Shown: piece after piece, positions 63,011-64,000 of the stretch | How the letters are laid out: each line of letters starts with the position of its first letter | Position numbering within the stretch: position 1 is the stretch's first letter | Assembly: GCA_026770705.1 (NCBI GenBank) | Contig: JANJGN010000100.1 | Location: forward strand, 434,001 to 498,000 | Origin: Isurus oxyrinchus | Lineage: Eukaryota | DNA length: 64,000 bases | Direction of reading: 5' to 3' | Position numbers and translations under genes: made by a program | Notes under the pieces: model-generated | What the model was told of the DNA's origin: nothing | Seen by the model: the letters and a program-made list of their open reading frames with translations, nothing else | Databases searched by the model: none

Positions 63011-64000
63011 TGGGGCAAGGGTGTGGATGTGGGACTGGTTTCACAGCTCTTGCAGACACAGTGGGTCAAACCATCTCCTCCTGTGTGGGGAAAGGGTGGG
63101 GATGTGGGACTGGTTTCACAGCTCTTACAGACACAGTGGGTCAAACCATCTCCTCCTGTGTGGGGCAAGGGTGTGGATGTGGGACTGGTTTCACAGCTCT
63201 TACAGACACACTGGGTCAAACCATCTCCTCCTGTGTGGGGCAAGGGTGTGGATGTGGGACTGGTTTCACAGCTCTTGCAGACACAGTGGGTCTAACCATC
63301 TCCTCCTGTGTGGGGAAAGGGTGTGGATGTGGGACTGGTTTCACAGCTCTTGCAGACACAGTGGGTCAAACCATCTCCTCCTGTGTGGGGCAAGGGTGTG
63401 GATGTGGGACTGGTTTCACAGCTCTTGCAGACACAGTGGGTCAAACCATCTCCTCCTGTGTGGGGAAAGGGTGTGGATGTGGGACTGGTTGCACAGCTCT
63501 TGCAGACACAGTGGGTCAAACCATCTCCTCCTGTGTGGGGAAAGGGTGTGGATGTGGGACTGGTTTCACAGCTCTTACAGACACAGTGGGTCAAACCATC
63601 TCCTCCTGTGTGGGGAAAGGGTGTGGATGTGGGACCGGTTTCACAGCTCTTACAGTCACAGTGGGTCAAAGCATCTCCTCCTGTGTGGGGAAAGGGTGTG
63701 GTTGTGGGACTGGTTTCACAGCTCTTGCAGACACAATGTGTCAAACCATCTCCTCCTGTGTGGGGAAAGTGTGCGGATGTGGGACTGGTTTCACAGCTCT
63801 TGCAAGCACAGTGGGTCAAACCATCTCCTCCTGTGGGGAAAGGGTGTGGATGTGGGACTGGTTGCACAGCTGCTGCAGACACAGTGGGTCAAACCATCTC
63901 GTGCTGTGGGGGAATGGGTGGGGATGTGGGACTGGTTTCACAGCTCTTGCAGACACAGTGGGTCAAACCATCTCCTCCTGTGTGGGGAAAGGGTGTGGAT
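63009..64000. repeat. 75-bp tandem satellite, at least 13 copies, running off the window end
   Basis: Unit tgtggggaaagggtgtggatgtgggactggtttcacagctcttgcagacacagtgggtcaaaccatctcctcctg; units start at 63009, 63084 and so on. Confidence 0.97.

Noticed and set aside
62935-64000. Cys-rich 25-aa repeat protein or CRISPR-like array
   Set aside because: Head-to-tail satellite with no unique spacers, in a vertebrate context; ORFs are open on both strands and interrupted by a stop

Overview
Eukaryotic vertebrate DNA, most likely a shark or other cartilaginous fish. Bases 1-15.7 kb hold the 3' half of one IgM heavy-chain cluster on the + strand: the end of the J-C intron, intact Cmu1-Cmu4 exons with a secretory tailpiece and poly(A) signal, then TM1/TM2 exons that the ORF track misses. 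No V, D or J segments are visible. Bases ~17.5-49.6 kb are a mosaic of direct and inverted segmental duplications carrying about 21 tRNA genes or relics (Ser, Glu, Asn, Val, Lys, Leu, Thr), of which only about 2 look intact, mixed with CR1/L2 LINE and Penelope-like fragments. Bases ~50.7-61.3 kb hold a CpG-rich NRF1/YY1-type promoter, a ~16-finger C2H2 zinc-finger pseudogene and two further ZNF exon relics. The window ends in a 75-bp satellite that appears to derive from a CR1 3' UTR. The best candidates for undescribed biology are: the Ig cluster being bordered by a decaying tRNA/ZNF array (possible tDNA insulator), a 3.9-kb sense-strand CA tract between the secretory poly(A) site and TM1, a Cmu2 lacking the usual extra cysteines, anticodon switches between duplicated tRNA loci, and a cryptic 27-bp repeat array. 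All family assignments are by eye and from recalled consensus sequences; no searches were run.
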